From Eubacteriales bacterium (GTDB taxonomy: Bacteria > Bacillota > Clostridia > Oscillospirales > CAG-272): a DNA stretch of 60,464 nt. How positions within the stretch are numbered: the first letter of the stretch is position 1; each line of letters opens with the position of its first letter. Made by a program: the position numbers and the translations under genes. Below, in pieces: positions 38,381 through 48,392 of this stretch. The stretch is taken from positions 1 to 60,464 of the forward strand of contig JAZNXE010000011.1 of NCBI GenBank assembly GCA_045593725.1, given 5' to 3'. The notes below the pieces were generated by a model, which saw nothing but the letters and a program-made list of their open reading frames with translations, made no database searches and had not been told where the DNA came from.

Positions 38381-39719
38381 ACTTTATAACATCTATTTTT
38401 TCTATTCCGTAATAGTGCATCAGCTCTATTGCGTTGCTGTCTATGACCTCTCCGCTTATCACGATAGGAACTGCGGGTGGGCAGGATACGGTAGGGGTGG
38501 CGCAGATTCTTCCTTCGGCATCCTGTATCCTTATTATCTCGCTGTTGGAAAATATTGCCTCCCGAATAGACATTTTGCAATAGGGCGGAGTTAGCAGAGA
38601 GGGCGTATCATTACCCAGCGGTGCTTTAGGCTTGAGGCAACAAAAGGCGTTGTATATACGCTCAAGGTCACTGTCCGAGTTTTCGGGCGTTATCATTAAC
38701 ACCGCATAATCAGAGTCCGCAAATTCTATTTCTATACCAAAGCGGGACAGATGCTTGGAAAGCTCGACACCCGAATATCCGCACTTGATTTTTGAAAAGA
38801 CTAATTTCAGCTCCTCGGTATCATTGCACGGAAAGCCGGATGCCAAAAGTTTATCTTTCAAAATCCGCACTTTTTTCATACATTTCGAAAGGAGCGCGCT
38901 ATATCCCTTTGTGATATACGCATTGCACATATCAAGGGACTGCAAAATAAGATATGAAGGACTTGTGGATGCAAAGACCGACATAGTATTTCGTATTTCT
39001 TCAATGGAAAAATCCTTATAATCCTTTGATATATGAAGATATGCTCCGCCGGTAAGCACGGGGAGTGTCTTGTGCGCCGAGTCACAGCACATATCCGCAC
39101 CGAGCGCCAACGGATGCTCAGAGGGCTCTTTAAAGGCGAGATATGCTCCGTGAGCGTTATCTACCATCAGAGGCAAACCGTGTCTGCGGCAGACCTTGGC
39201 GAGTCCTTTGACATCGGCTACATTGCCCAGATAATCGGGAGAAGTAATATAGACCGCGTGGGGAAGCGCTTTTGAGTTTTTTAGTGCATTTTCCAAATCT
39301 TGCGGTGTTATTTCGCAGGAGCAGAGGTGTAAAAATTCATTTGGGTATATCCACTCAACGTCTATATCCAAAATCCCACAAGCATATATAAATGCTTTAT
39401 GGGCATTTCGCGCCGCGAGGATTTTTGTTCGCTCATTGGCAGGCGTTTTTTTTCTTATGAGGGCAAGCATAGTCTTTATTGATAGGCTTGAGCCTTCGGT
39501 GGAATAAAAGCTGTGACCGCTACCGAAAAGGGAAGTGGCATTTTCCTCGCTCTCTGCTATTATGCCCGAAGCAGCGCCGAGCATGTCAGCTCCGTTTATC
39601 TCGGTGATGTCCAAGGCCTCACAGCCCAGAAAGATTTTTCCCTTATGCCCCGGCATATGAAAGCGCGATACGTCCCCTTGCGCGTATTTCCTTACAAAAT
39701 CGGCAACAGGTGTGGTCAT
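38379..39719 (-). CDS. Orn/Lys/Arg decarboxylase (PLP-dependent, YaaO-like)
   Basis: FHMPGHKG, DITEI.G.D, RNAHK, DNAHGA, SAHKTLP, STSPSY, PPAVPIV..GE. Confidence 0.9.
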   Translation of the reverse strand: MTTPVADFVRKYAQGDVSRFHMPGHKGKIFLGCEALDITEINGADMLGAASGIIAESEENATSLFGSGHSFYSTEGSSLSIKTMLALIRKKTPANERTKILAARNAHKAFIYACGILDIDVEWIYPNEFLHLCSCEITPQDLENALKNSKALPHAVYITSPDYLGNVADVKGLAKVCRRHGLPLMVDNAHGAYLAFKEPSEHPLALGADMCCDSAHKTLPVLTGGAYLHISKDYKDFSIEEIRNTMSVFASTSPSYLILQSLDMCNAYITKGYSALLSKCMKKVRILKDKLLASGFPCNDTEELKLVFSKIKCGYSGVELSKHLSRFGIEIEFADSDYAVLMITPENSDSDLERIYNAFCCLKPKAPLGNDTPSLLTPPYCKMSIREAIFSNSEIIRIQDAEGRICATPTVSCPPAVPIVISGEVIDSNAIELMHYYGIEKIDVIK

Positions 39720-41092
39720 ACGTCCTCGACCTCTGCGACCTGTATCATAACGGCGCACTCAATACGCTTTTTGAAAAGCGCGCAGCCGTATTTGTATACA
39801 CCGTTTATGCTGCCCGTTGCGTGATACGAGTTAGCGGCGCATCCGCCCGAGCAATATAGTCTTGCCCAGCAATCCTTACATTCCTCACGGGCGTATGCGT
39901 TACAGGAGCGGAAGCAATCCTGTATTTCGGTGTTGGTAACTCCGTCGTAGATGTTTCCAAGGCTGTATTTGGGGTCACCCACGAACTGGTGGCAGGGGAA
40001 GAGCTCACCCCAAGGGGTTACCGCCATATACTCCGTGCCCGAGCCGCAGCCTGTTATTCTTTTGTAGATACAAGGGCCGTGCGTAAGGTCAAGCATATAG
40101 TGATAGAAGGTAAAGGGTCTGCCTTCTTTTTTTCTCTTTATCATTTCCTTGGCGAGTATCTCATACTGCTCAAACAGCTTGGGAAGGTCCTCATCTGTCA
40201 GCGCGTATGGGTCGCTGGGGGGACACACCACAGGCTCCATGCTAAGCTCTTTAAATCCAAGGTCAGCCATGTGGAAAAGGTCGTTTGTGAAATCCACGTT
40301 ATTATGGGTAAACGTACCGCGGACGTAATAGTCCTTGCCTCCGCGCTTTTCCACAAGGCGCAAAAACTTTGGGACTATTTTTTCGTAGCTACCGTTACCC
40401 GCGTAGTCGCGGCGGAAGTGGTCGTTTACCTCGGGTCTTCCGTCAAGGCTGAGCACCACGTTGCTCATTTCCTTGTTGAGAAAATCTATGACCTCGTCGT
40501 CTATGAGTATTCCGTTAGTCGTAAGTGTAAAGCGGAAGTTCTTGTTGTGCTTCTTTTCAATGCTTCTCGCGTATGCCACAAGCTGCTTAACAACATCCCA
40601 GTTCATAAGAGGCTCACCCCCAAAGAAGTCAACCTCAAGGTTTCTGCGGTTTCCCGAGTTTTCAATAAGAAAATCAAAGGCGCGCTTTCCTACCTCGAAG
40701 CTCATCAGCGCTCTGTCGCCCTGATATTTTCCCTGACTTGCAAAGCAGTATGAGCAGTTGAGGTTACAGGTATGGGCCACGTGTAAGCACAGAGCCTTTA
40801 TTACCTTACTGTTGTTCTTGTAATTACAGGCAAGCTCCTCGTATTCGTCCTTGGCAAACAGCTTTTTTGCTTCGATAAGTGATTCTATGTCACCTATGCA
40901 CTCAAGGACCTCTTCCTTTGTGACCTCGGGTAGGTGGCTGTATTTCTTGAGAATAGCCGCTACTATTTCATCCTTGGAGCTATTCTCATACATTTCGATT
41001 ATATCGTAAGCTACGTCGTCCACAGTATGCACAGAGCCGCTTGCAGTATCCAGAACTATGTTGTATCCGTTAAGTTTATATTGATGTACCAT
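39716..41092 (-). CDS. scfB: SCIFF ranthipeptide radical SAM/SPASM maturase
   Basis: KALCLHVAHTCNLNCSYCF, DFFGGEP, SPASM GPC....GCGSG...PCHQF...CKDCWARLYCSGGC; downstream of a SCIFF peptide. Confidence 0.95.
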   Translation of the reverse strand: MVHQYKLNGYNIVLDTASGSVHTVDDVAYDIIEMYENSSKDEIVAAILKKYSHLPEVTKEEVLECIGDIESLIEAKKLFAKDEYEELACNYKNNSKVIKALCLHVAHTCNLNCSYCFASQGKYQGDRALMSFEVGKRAFDFLIENSGNRRNLEVDFFGGEPLMNWDVVKQLVAYARSIEKKHNKNFRFTLTTNGILIDDEVIDFLNKEMSNVVLSLDGRPEVNDHFRRDYAGNGSYEKIVPKFLRLVEKRGGKDYYVRGTFTHNNVDFTNDLFHMADLGFKELSMEPVVCPPSDPYALTDEDLPKLFEQYEILAKEMIKRKKEGRPFTFYHYMLDLTHGPCIYKRITGCGSGTEYMAVTPWGELFPCHQFVGDPKYSLGNIYDGVTNTEIQDCFRSCNAYAREECKDCWARLYCSGGCAANSYHATGSINGVYKYGCALFKKRIECAVMIQVAEVEDV

Positions 41093-41167
41093 AATCTATT
41101 CCTTTTGTGTAACCTTAAAATCAAAACGCTGTCCGTTATAGACAGCGTTTTTTGAGTTGCGGGAAAA

Positions 41168-41317
41168 TTAGTTGTTTTCCTTATTTTCGCACTGCTGATT
41201 TGCAACGCCGCAAGAAGTTTTGCAAGCGGACTGGCAAGAAGTCTGGCACTCGCCGCAGCCTCCGTTCTTAACGGTCTTTGCGATATCCTTAGTTTCAATT
41301 GTCTTAATTCTGCTCAT
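41168..41317 (-). CDS. scfA: Six-cysteine ranthipeptide SCIFF precursor (49 aa, not in ORF track)
   Basis: Hand translation MSRIKTIETKDIAKTVKNGGCGECQTSCQSACKTSCGVANQQCENKENN; RBS GGAGG upstream. Confidence 0.96.
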   Translation of the reverse strand: MSRIKTIETKDIAKTVKNGGCGECQTSCQSACKTSCGVANQQCENKENN

Positions 41318-41409
41318 AATAAAGACCTCCGTATAACTTGAAATTTACTAATTCAGTATAGCATAAAGCGATTATTTTGTCAATAGTATAATGCTATTTT
41401 TTTGTGTTT

Positions 41410-42255
41410 TTAAGAGTGTGAATATCTTGTGGTATATACGTGATTCTCATTGGGAGAGAGCACAAGATGTCCGTCAGGGATATTAAGACCGTTTACCTTA
41501 CCTGCCTGAGGCTCAAGGCAAACGTAATCCTCCTTGCCTCTGGCATTCCATGTTATCCAGTGGTCGAAGTTCTCGGATACGGTGTATATGAAATTATCCA
41601 CGGTTACCGTATGTCCCGCGGCGGAATAGTAGCCGCACATTGCCACATCTCTGGCGGGAGAGCCTGTAACGAATTTCTTTTCAACGTCTGTAAGCTCTAT
41701 GTATCTGCCTGTGGGGATATCGTTGACAGCCTCCTGACGCTCCTTTACGGGGAAGGTAAACTGACCGTAGGGGATAGCGAAGGTGGTGTGTAGGCAGAAG
41801 GTATATGGCATATTCTTGTCGCCTATGTTCTTTATGTCAAATTTTTGGGAAAGTCCCTTATCGTCTATGGAATACGTAACAGTCATTTCAAAGTCGAAGG
41901 GATATACAGTGCCATTCCTGTTCACGAATTTCATAGTTACTGAGGTATCCGTTTGGTCTTCCACACAGAAGGGCTGGAAAAGCACAAGGCCGTGAAGATG
42001 AGAGTTGGTTCTCGGTTCGTTGACGGGAAGGGTATATTCTACGCCCTCAAAGGTAAATTTTCCCTCATAGGTTCTGTTAGCGGGAAGAAGTATAGGCGAG
42101 CCTTGAAGATAAGGGTTCGTGTCTATCTGGCTCTCGTCAACCAAGGGGCGGAGAACATTTTTTGAATTGTAAAGAAGATATACCAGATTTCCGCCCAGTC
42201 TGGGGCAAACGCCCGCAACCCAAGGACCTTTTTTTAAAACAATAACGTCTTTCAT
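41410..42255 (-). CDS. Aldose 1-epimerase family protein
   Basis: GSPILLP.NR, HLHGL, YPFDF, LHTTF, YVCLEP. Confidence 0.85.
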   Translation of the reverse strand: MKDVIVLKKGPWVAGVCPRLGGNLVYLLYNSKNVLRPLVDESQIDTNPYLQGSPILLPANRTYEGKFTFEGVEYTLPVNEPRTNSHLHGLVLFQPFCVEDQTDTSVTMKFVNRNGTVYPFDFEMTVTYSIDDKGLSQKFDIKNIGDKNMPYTFCLHTTFAIPYGQFTFPVKERQEAVNDIPTGRYIELTDVEKKFVTGSPARDVAMCGYYSAAGHTVTVDNFIYTVSENFDHWITWNARGKEDYVCLEPQAGKVNGLNIPDGHLVLSPNENHVYTTRYSHS

Positions 42256-42325
42256 TGGTTGTTGCTCCTTAAGTATTTGATGTATAAATTATATAATACC
42301 TGACTTTTGTTGTCAATACAGTAAT

Positions 42326-43084
42326 TTAATCCTCTGAATAGTTTTTTATGCCCTGCATTTTGCCTATCTGGCGAAATCCGTCTATCTCTCCGCGTTGTAT
42401 CGCGCCGAATATGCGGTAGCGAAGCCCCTTGTTTTCGCGCTCCAGTGTGGCAAGGAGCTTTTTCATTTTCTCGCGCTCGGTATTTCCGTCAGCGGGGCAG
42501 GGGGATTTCACAACGGGAAGGTCAGACTTTGAGGCAAAGTAGCGCACGTCCTTCTCCGGCATATATATCATAGGTCTGATGAGTGTTATGCCTGTGTTTG
42601 AAAGATAGGTAACGGGCTGGAAGCATCCAAGCCTACCCTCGTAGAAAAGATTGAGCATAAAGGTTTCAACCACGTCGTCAAAGTGGTGACCGAGAGCTAC
42701 CTTGTTAAAGCCTATGTCCCTTGCATATCCGTAAAGCGCGCCACGACGCATCTTGGCGCAAAGAGAGCAGGGATTTTTTTCTTTTCGCACGTCAAATATT
42801 ACCTTGGATATCTGAGTGGGAACTATGTGATATTCTACTCCAAGCTCGTCGCACAGAGCTTTTATGGCAGAAAAATCCACCCCATCAAAGCCCATATCCA
42901 CGGTTACGGCACAAAGCTCGAATTTTTTTGGGTAAAAGCGTCTGAGGTCAGCCATAGCGCAGAGAAGGGTGAGAGAGTCTTTTCCCGCCGATACACCTAC
43001 GGCTATCCTGTCGCCTTCCTCTATCATATTGTAGTCATCTACGCCTCGTCTGACGTAGCTGAGGACTCGTTTTATATTTTCCAT
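42326..43084 (-). CDS. ttcA: tRNA 2-thiocytidine biosynthesis TtcA-family PP-loop protein
   Basis: VSAGKDS, PCSLCAKMRRG, GHHFDD, IRPM, CPAD. Confidence 0.85.
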   Translation of the reverse strand: MENIKRVLSYVRRGVDDYNMIEEGDRIAVGVSAGKDSLTLLCAMADLRRFYPKKFELCAVTVDMGFDGVDFSAIKALCDELGVEYHIVPTQISKVIFDVRKEKNPCSLCAKMRRGALYGYARDIGFNKVALGHHFDDVVETFMLNLFYEGRLGCFQPVTYLSNTGITLIRPMIYMPEKDVRYFASKSDLPVVKSPCPADGNTEREKMKKLLATLERENKGLRYRIFGAIQRGEIDGFRQIGKMQGIKNYSED

Positions 43085-43093
43085 AAAGCTTCC

Positions 43094-43849
43094 TTATTCA
43101 AAAGACATAGTGTCGTAAATTTTTCGCGCTCTCTCGCTCATCTGCCCTCTATCCTTTCCATCGTAAAGGAAAAGGGGAGCTGTAACCTTTATGCCCGAGG
43201 CACCGCCCTTTGTAGCCGATATAAGCACCATGGAGGGGGAGCTTTCGCTGTCAGCGTGTACGAAGGTCATTATTTTTGGCTCAAGGCGGTTCTTTCGCAT
43301 AGCCGCTATTATATCGGTAAGACGGTCGGGACGCCATACGGCATAAAATTTGCCCCCGTGCTTAAGCAAACGAAAAGCGGCGGCGCAGAAATCGTCTATA
43401 TCTCCGCAGACCTCGTGACGGGCTATATATTTATAGTCGCATTCGTTGCGCTTCCCGCTGTCTGTCTTCATATAGGGAGGGTTTGAGAATACTACGTCAG
43501 CTTCTCCCTCTATATCCGATGGAACAGCTTTTGTGACATCCTTACACAGAACGCTTATTTTTCCATCCATCCCGTTCAGGCGCACGTTACGCTGGGCAAT
43601 ATCGGCAAAATCCTTCTGTATCTCAAGGGCGCTTATTTTTGAAAATCTGTTTCTAGCCATTAAAAGAAGTGAAATTATTCCCGTACCCGCGCCAAGCTCC
43701 GCGGCTGTGCCTTTGGGCTGCGGCTTTATAAAGGAAGCTAACAAAAAGGCGTCTGTACCAAAGGTAAGTCCGTCCTTTTTCTGTATTATCCTTATATGCT
43801 CGTTTACGTCGTCAAAACGCTCGTCCTCAGCAATAACCGTATCTATCAC
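43094..43849 (-). CDS. tRNA1(Val) A37 N6-methyltransferase (YabB/TrmN6-like)
   Basis: FGTDAFLL, ELGAGTG, SNPPY, IARHE. Confidence 0.88.
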   Translation of the reverse strand: MIDTVIAEDERFDDVNEHIRIIQKKDGLTFGTDAFLLASFIKPQPKGTAAELGAGTGIISLLLMARNRFSKISALEIQKDFADIAQRNVRLNGMDGKISVLCKDVTKAVPSDIEGEADVVFSNPPYMKTDSGKRNECDYKYIARHEVCGDIDDFCAAAFRLLKHGGKFYAVWRPDRLTDIIAAMRKNRLEPKIMTFVHADSESSPSMVLISATKGGASGIKVTAPLFLYDGKDRGQMSERARKIYDTMSFE

Positions 43850-43928
43850 CGTTACCTCCCTCCTACATAAAAACGAAAGGTTGCTGCAAAGAATGCAACA
43901 ACCCCGTCTATGTACCGATAATTATAAA

Positions 43929-44099
43929 TTATTCAGCAACAGGAGCGTCAACAGGGCAAGCCTCTGCGCACGCACCGCACTCGATGCACTCGTCAGCATT
44001 GATGTTGTACTTGCCGTCACCCTCAGCGATAGCGTTTACGGGGCAAGCCTCTGTGCAAGCACCACAAGCGATGCACTCATCGGAAATTCTGTAAGCCAT
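43929..44099 (-). CDS. fdx: Clostridial-type 2[4Fe-4S] ferredoxin (56 aa)
   Basis: [20 protein letters not shown]...[12 protein letters not shown]; RBS GGAGG. Confidence 0.95.
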   Translation of the reverse strand: MAYRISDECIACGACTEACPVNAIAEGDGKYNINADECIECGACAEACPVDAPVAE

Positions 44100-44340
44100 G
44101 ATAAAATACCTCCATATATTTTGGTTACACATACATTGTATCATAATAATTTTTAAATGCAATAGAATTTTTTAAATTTTTTTATAAAACTGAAAAAAAT
44201 TTCAGGAAAAAGGCAAGCAAATTACATTTTATGGAAGAAAGCGCGGTGCTTACTATTTTTTACTAAGGACAGCTTTTGACAAAATACGCATATATCGTGT
44301 GCTAAAATAATGAAAGAAAGACAAAGAACGGAGGTCTGAG

Positions 44341-44703
44341 ATGTTAAAAAAGAATTGTTTGCTCCAAATGAGCGAAAAAGGGGACGAGCTTTTGATAAGC
44401 CTGTCGGGTGAGATAGACCATCACAGCGCGGTCAGAGTACGTAACGAAATAGACGGACGGATAATGGAAATGCGCCCGGCAAGGGCGGTTATTGAGCTGT
44501 CTATGATAGATTTTATGGATAGCTCGGGACTGGGACTGATTATGGGTCGATACTCGAAGATGCAGACAATAGGAGGCGAGCTGGTGCTTCGCGACCCCAA
44601 TGAAAGGCTTGTACGGATATTTAAGCTCGCCGGACTTGAAAAGATAGTGGGGATAGAATACACAAGTGAAAAGGAGAGGGAAAATGAAGACCAAAGGAAC
44701 TAA
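44341..44703 (+). CDS. spoIIAA: Anti-sigma F factor antagonist
   Basis: GEIDHH, FMDSSGLG STAS motif; operon context. Confidence 0.92.
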   Translation: MLKKNCLLQMSEKGDELLISLSGEIDHHSAVRVRNEIDGRIMEMRPARAVIELSMIDFMDSSGLGLIMGRYSKMQTIGGELVLRDPNERLVRIFKLAGLEKIVGIEYTSEKERENEDQRN

Positions 44704-45151
44704 AAACCGTTTTTCGGCGCAGGTGCTGAATGAAATGAAATTAAGATTGCCCTCGCTGTCTGTGAACGAGGGGGCGGCAAGAGCGGCTGTGGCGGCGTTC
44801 TGCTCACAGCTTGACCCTTCGGCAAGTGACATAGCCGATATAAAATGCGCTGTTTCCGAGGCGGTAACAAATTGCATAGTTCACGCTTATCGGGATACCA
44901 TCGGTGTTATATACATAACCGTCCGTCTGTGCGAGGGAAATCTCGTCCGTATAGAAATAAAGGACAAGGGCTGCGGCATAGAGAACGTAGAGGAGGCAAG
45001 ACAGCCCCTTTATACTACCGATGCCGCCAACGAGAGGAGCGGAATGGGCTTTACGGTTATGGAGAGCTTTTGTGATAAGGTGAGGGTATTTTCGGGATGC
45101 AAAAAGGGAACTACTGTGACGCTGTTCAAATATCTGAAGGCGAGGGAATAG
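44684..45151 (+). CDS. spoIIAB: Anti-sigma F factor
   Basis: NEG.AR, SEAVTNCIVHAY, D.GCGI, ERSGMGFTVME. Confidence 0.93.
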   Translation: MKTKGTKNRFSAQVLNEMKLRLPSLSVNEGAARAAVAAFCSQLDPSASDIADIKCAVSEAVTNCIVHAYRDTIGVIYITVRLCEGNLVRIEIKDKGCGIENVEEARQPLYTTDAANERSGMGFTVMESFCDKVRVFSGCKKGTTVTLFKYLKARE

Positions 45152-45909
45152 AGAATTGCGCCGAGGACAAGCGGGGCTACGGTCAGAACAGAGAGCTTAT
45201 AGGTATAGCTCAGGGCGATAATGAGCAAGAGGCTATGAAAGCCTGTGAGCTTCTTATAGAAAACAATTACGGATTGGTGCGGAGCATAGCTCTCAGATTT
45301 CGAGAGCGTGGTATGGAGCTTGAGGATTTGATGCAGATAGGCACCATAGGGCTGCTCAAGGCTATACGAAGCTTCGACCTTGAGCGGGGAACCTGCTTTT
45401 CTACCTACGCCGTGCCTATGATATTCGGAGAAATACGGAGGGCACTCCGCGACGACGGACCCATAAAGGTGGGGAGATATTATAAAAAGCTTGGCATCCA
45501 GCTGATAAGGGTGAGGAATGATATCATCAATAACGAGGGCAGAGAGCCTCACGTAAAGGAATTGGCACAGGCGGTGGGGGTGTCTGCCGAGGAAGCCGCG
45601 ATGGCACTTGATGCCATGGTACCCCCAAGCTCACTTTCCGACTTCGTGTACGGAGAGGAGGAAGGAGCGGTGCTGGAGGATATCCTTGCCGATACCGACA
45701 GTATTGATGAAAATCAACGTTTCTTTGACAGAATGGCGCTAAGGGAAGCAATAGCTAAAATGTCGGAGCAGTGGCAAAAAATACTGCTGCTCAGATACTT
45801 CAGAAACAAGACTCAGCAGCAGGTAGCGGATATACTCGGGCTTTCACAGGTGAAGGTCTCAAGAGAGGAGAAAAAAATAGTCGCGTTTCTACAAAATGAG
45901 ATGAGATAG
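45097..45909 (+). CDS. sigF: Sporulation sigma factor F (start uncertain)
   Basis: EDLMQIGTIGLLKAI..FD, FSTYAVPMIFGEIRR.LRDDG, LGLSQVKVSR.EK; third gene of spoIIA. Confidence 0.88.
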   Translation: MQKGNYCDAVQISEGEGIENCAEDKRGYGQNRELIGIAQGDNEQEAMKACELLIENNYGLVRSIALRFRERGMELEDLMQIGTIGLLKAIRSFDLERGTCFSTYAVPMIFGEIRRALRDDGPIKVGRYYKKLGIQLIRVRNDIINNEGREPHVKELAQAVGVSAEEAAMALDAMVPPSSLSDFVYGEEEGAVLEDILADTDSIDENQRFFDRMALREAIAKMSEQWQKILLLRYFRNKTQQQVADILGLSQVKVSREEKKIVAFLQNEMR

Positions 45910-46037
45910 AAGGGCAAAAGACAACACCTGACATAATTTTAACAAAAAAGGAATTTTTTTTGCAAATATACTTGATATCTGATAAAATTTGTGGTATATT
46001 ATAGGATGGAAATTAAATGAAAGGTGGATATACCAAA

Positions 46038-47333
46038 ATGACTTACAACAAAAAATCAGTTGAAAACATTGACGTAGCAGGAAAAAGAGTTCTTGTTCGT
46101 TGCGATTTCAACGTACCTCTTAAGGATGGCGTTATTACCTCTGATAAGAGAATTGTAGAGGCACTTCCCACTATCAAGTATCTTCTCGGCAAGGGCGCAA
46201 AGGTCGTTCTTTGCTCTCATATGGGTAAGCCCCACGCTATCTTCACCGAAGGCTTTGGACTTACCAAGAAGGAAAAGGCAAAGGTTGAGGCTCTCCCCGT
46301 AGAGGAGCAGGCTGCCGCAAAGGCTGAGCTTCTTGAAAAGGCTCTCGGAGATAAGAAAAAGTTCACACTCAAGCCTGTTGCTGACAGACTCAACGAGCTT
46401 CTCGGCGACAAGGTTACCTTCGCAGAGGATATTATAGGTCCTGACGCAAAGGCTAAGGTTGCTGCTCTTAAGGAAGGTGAGGCTGTTCTTATTGAGAACG
46501 TACGCTTTGACGCAAGAGAAACCAAGAATGGCGCGGACTTCGCTAAGGAGCTGGCTGATTTTGCTGAGATATACGTAAATGACGCATTCGGCTCGGCGCA
46601 CAGAGCGCACGCATCTACCGCTGGAGTTGCCGCATATCTTCCCGCAGTGTGCGGATACCTTATTCAGAAGGAGATAGACGTTATGGGCAAGGCTCTTGCT
46701 GATCCCGCGCGTCCCTTCGTTGCAATACTTGGAGGAGCTAAGGTTTCCGATAAGATCGGCGTTATCAACAACCTCATTGAAAAGGTTGATACCCTTATCA
46801 TTGGCGGCGGCATGGCTTATACCTTCTTCAAGGCAGCAGGCAACGACGTAGGAAATTCTCTTTGCGAGGAGGACAAGCTTGACCTTGCTAACGAGATGGT
46901 AGCAAAGGCTAAGGCAAAGGGAGTTAACTTTATGATTCCCGTTGACAACGTAATCGCAACCGAGTATGACGAGAACGCGGAGAACAAGATCGTTGACTCC
47001 GACGATATTCCCGCAGGCTGGATGGGACTTGATATCGGTCCTAAGACACGCGAGATGTTTGCAAAGGCAATCGCAGGTGCAGGTACGGTAGTATGGAACG
47101 GACCTATGGGCGTTTCCGAGTGGAAGAACTTCGCAGCAGGAACCGAGGCTGTTGCCGCTGCTGTGGCTAACAGCGGAGCAATCTCTATAATCGGTGGCGG
47201 TGACTCTGCCGCTGCTGTTGAGAAGCTTGGCTTTGCCGACAGAATGACACACATTTCCACAGGCGGAGGAGCATCTCTTGAGTTCCTTGAGGGTAAGGAC
47301 CTTCCCGGTATTTCTTGCCTTCTTGACAAGTAA
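46038..47333 (+). CDS. pgk: Phosphoglycerate kinase
   Basis: [39 protein letters not shown]. Confidence 0.97.
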   Translation: MTYNKKSVENIDVAGKRVLVRCDFNVPLKDGVITSDKRIVEALPTIKYLLGKGAKVVLCSHMGKPHAIFTEGFGLTKKEKAKVEALPVEEQAAAKAELLEKALGDKKKFTLKPVADRLNELLGDKVTFAEDIIGPDAKAKVAALKEGEAVLIENVRFDARETKNGADFAKELADFAEIYVNDAFGSAHRAHASTAGVAAYLPAVCGYLIQKEIDVMGKALADPARPFVAILGGAKVSDKIGVINNLIEKVDTLIIGGGMAYTFFKAAGNDVGNSLCEEDKLDLANEMVAKAKAKGVNFMIPVDNVIATEYDENAENKIVDSDDIPAGWMGLDIGPKTREMFAKAIAGAGTVVWNGPMGVSEWKNFAAGTEAVAAAVANSGAISIIGGGDSAAAVEKLGFADRMTHISTGGGASLEFLEGKDLPGISCLLDK

Positions 47334-47407
47334 TTAAAATAAAAAACACTGCGCCGCAAGATTGCGGCGCAGTTTAAAGCTTTATAAAACATAAGGAGAA
47401 CATAAAA

Positions 47408-48175
47408 ATGAATCCCGCAAAGAGAAGAACGGTCATTGCCGGCAACTGGAAGATGAACTTCACACCTGCCGAGGCAACGGCTTTTATAAATGAGATAAAG
47501 CCTATGGTAGAGGGCAAAGACAACTGCGATATAATCTTTTGCGCTCCCTACGTTACTATTTCTGCCGCTATGGAGGCAGCTAAAGGCTCTAACATCAAAA
47601 TAGGCGCTGAGAACGTACACTACGAAGCGAAGGGCGCTTTTACGGGTGAGGTTTCCGCGCAGATGCTTACCTCTATCGGCGTTGAGTACGTAATTATCGG
47701 ACACAGCGAGAGAAGACAGTATTTTGGCGAGACCGATACCACTGTAAATCTTAGAACAAAGGCAGCTCTTGCCGCAGGCATGAAGGTTATTCTTTGCCTT
47801 GGAGAGGTCAAAGAGCAAAGACTTGCAGGTATTACCAACGAGGTAGTCGCAATGCAGACCAAGCTCGATCTTGCCGATATTGACGCTGAGGCACTTAAAA
47901 ATGTTATAATCGCTTATGAGCCTGTATGGGCTATTGGTACAGGACTTACCGCTACTCCCGAGCAGGCAGAGGAAACCTGCGGAGCTATCCGTAGCGTGCT
48001 TGCACAGATGTACGGAGCAGAGGTAGCACAAACCGTTACCATTCAGTACGGCGGTTCTATGAACGACGCTAACGCGGCTGAGCTTCTCGCAAAGCCAAAC
48101 GTTGACGGCGGTCTTATCGGCGGAGCTTCCCTTGTAGCAAAGAAGTTTACCGCCATTGTTGATGCCGCGCAGTAA
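47408..48175 (+). CDS. tpiA: Triosephosphate isomerase
   Basis: GNWKMN, GHSERR, AYEPVWAIGTG, YGGS, GGAS. Confidence 0.97.
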   Translation: MNPAKRRTVIAGNWKMNFTPAEATAFINEIKPMVEGKDNCDIIFCAPYVTISAAMEAAKGSNIKIGAENVHYEAKGAFTGEVSAQMLTSIGVEYVIIGHSERRQYFGETDTTVNLRTKAALAAGMKVILCLGEVKEQRLAGITNEVVAMQTKLDLADIDAEALKNVIIAYEPVWAIGTGLTATPEQAEETCGAIRSVLAQMYGAEVAQTVTIQYGGSMNDANAAELLAKPNVDGGLIGGASLVAKKFTAIVDAAQ

Positions 48176-48184
48176 ATAAAAGAG

Positions 48185-48217
48185 AAAGCAGCCTTGAATG
48201 CTCAAGGCTGCTTTTTT
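48185..48217. terminator. Terminator after tpiA (usable in both directions)
   Basis: AAAGCAGCCTTGA-ATGC-TCAAGGCTGCTTT with T tract on + and T-rich tract on -. Confidence 0.85.
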
Positions 48218-48244
48218 GATGTTTTTGCACCACACAACACATTC

Positions 48245-48273
48245 ATTATATCACATTGAAAGAAGCTTGTCAA
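48245..48273 (-). promoter_or_regulatory. Consensus sigma-A promoter facing the tpiA terminator
   Basis: Minus strand TTGACA-17-TATAAT with TG extension. Confidence 0.65.
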
Positions 48274-48359
48274 TACTTTATCAATAAAATATCAGTTATA
48301 ATGACCAAATTCTCTGTAATAAACAAAAAATATTTATAAACTTTATACAAAATACCATC

Positions 48360-48388
48360 TTGCAAAAGCAAAAAAAGTATGCTATAAT
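48360..48388 (+). promoter_or_regulatory. Sigma-A promoter of an ORF-less unit
   Basis: TTGCAA-17-TATAAT with TG extension. Confidence 0.7.
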
Positions 48389-48392
48389 AAAG

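Noticed and set aside
41056-41298. 80-aa minus-strand ORF in the track
   Set aside because: Wrong frame; the real gene is scfA at 41168..41317
17598-48235. Other long antisense ORFs (e.g. 17598..18725, 29951..31333, 46056..47252, 46817..48235)
   Set aside because: Shadow frames of conserved genes caused by codon bias; no motifs
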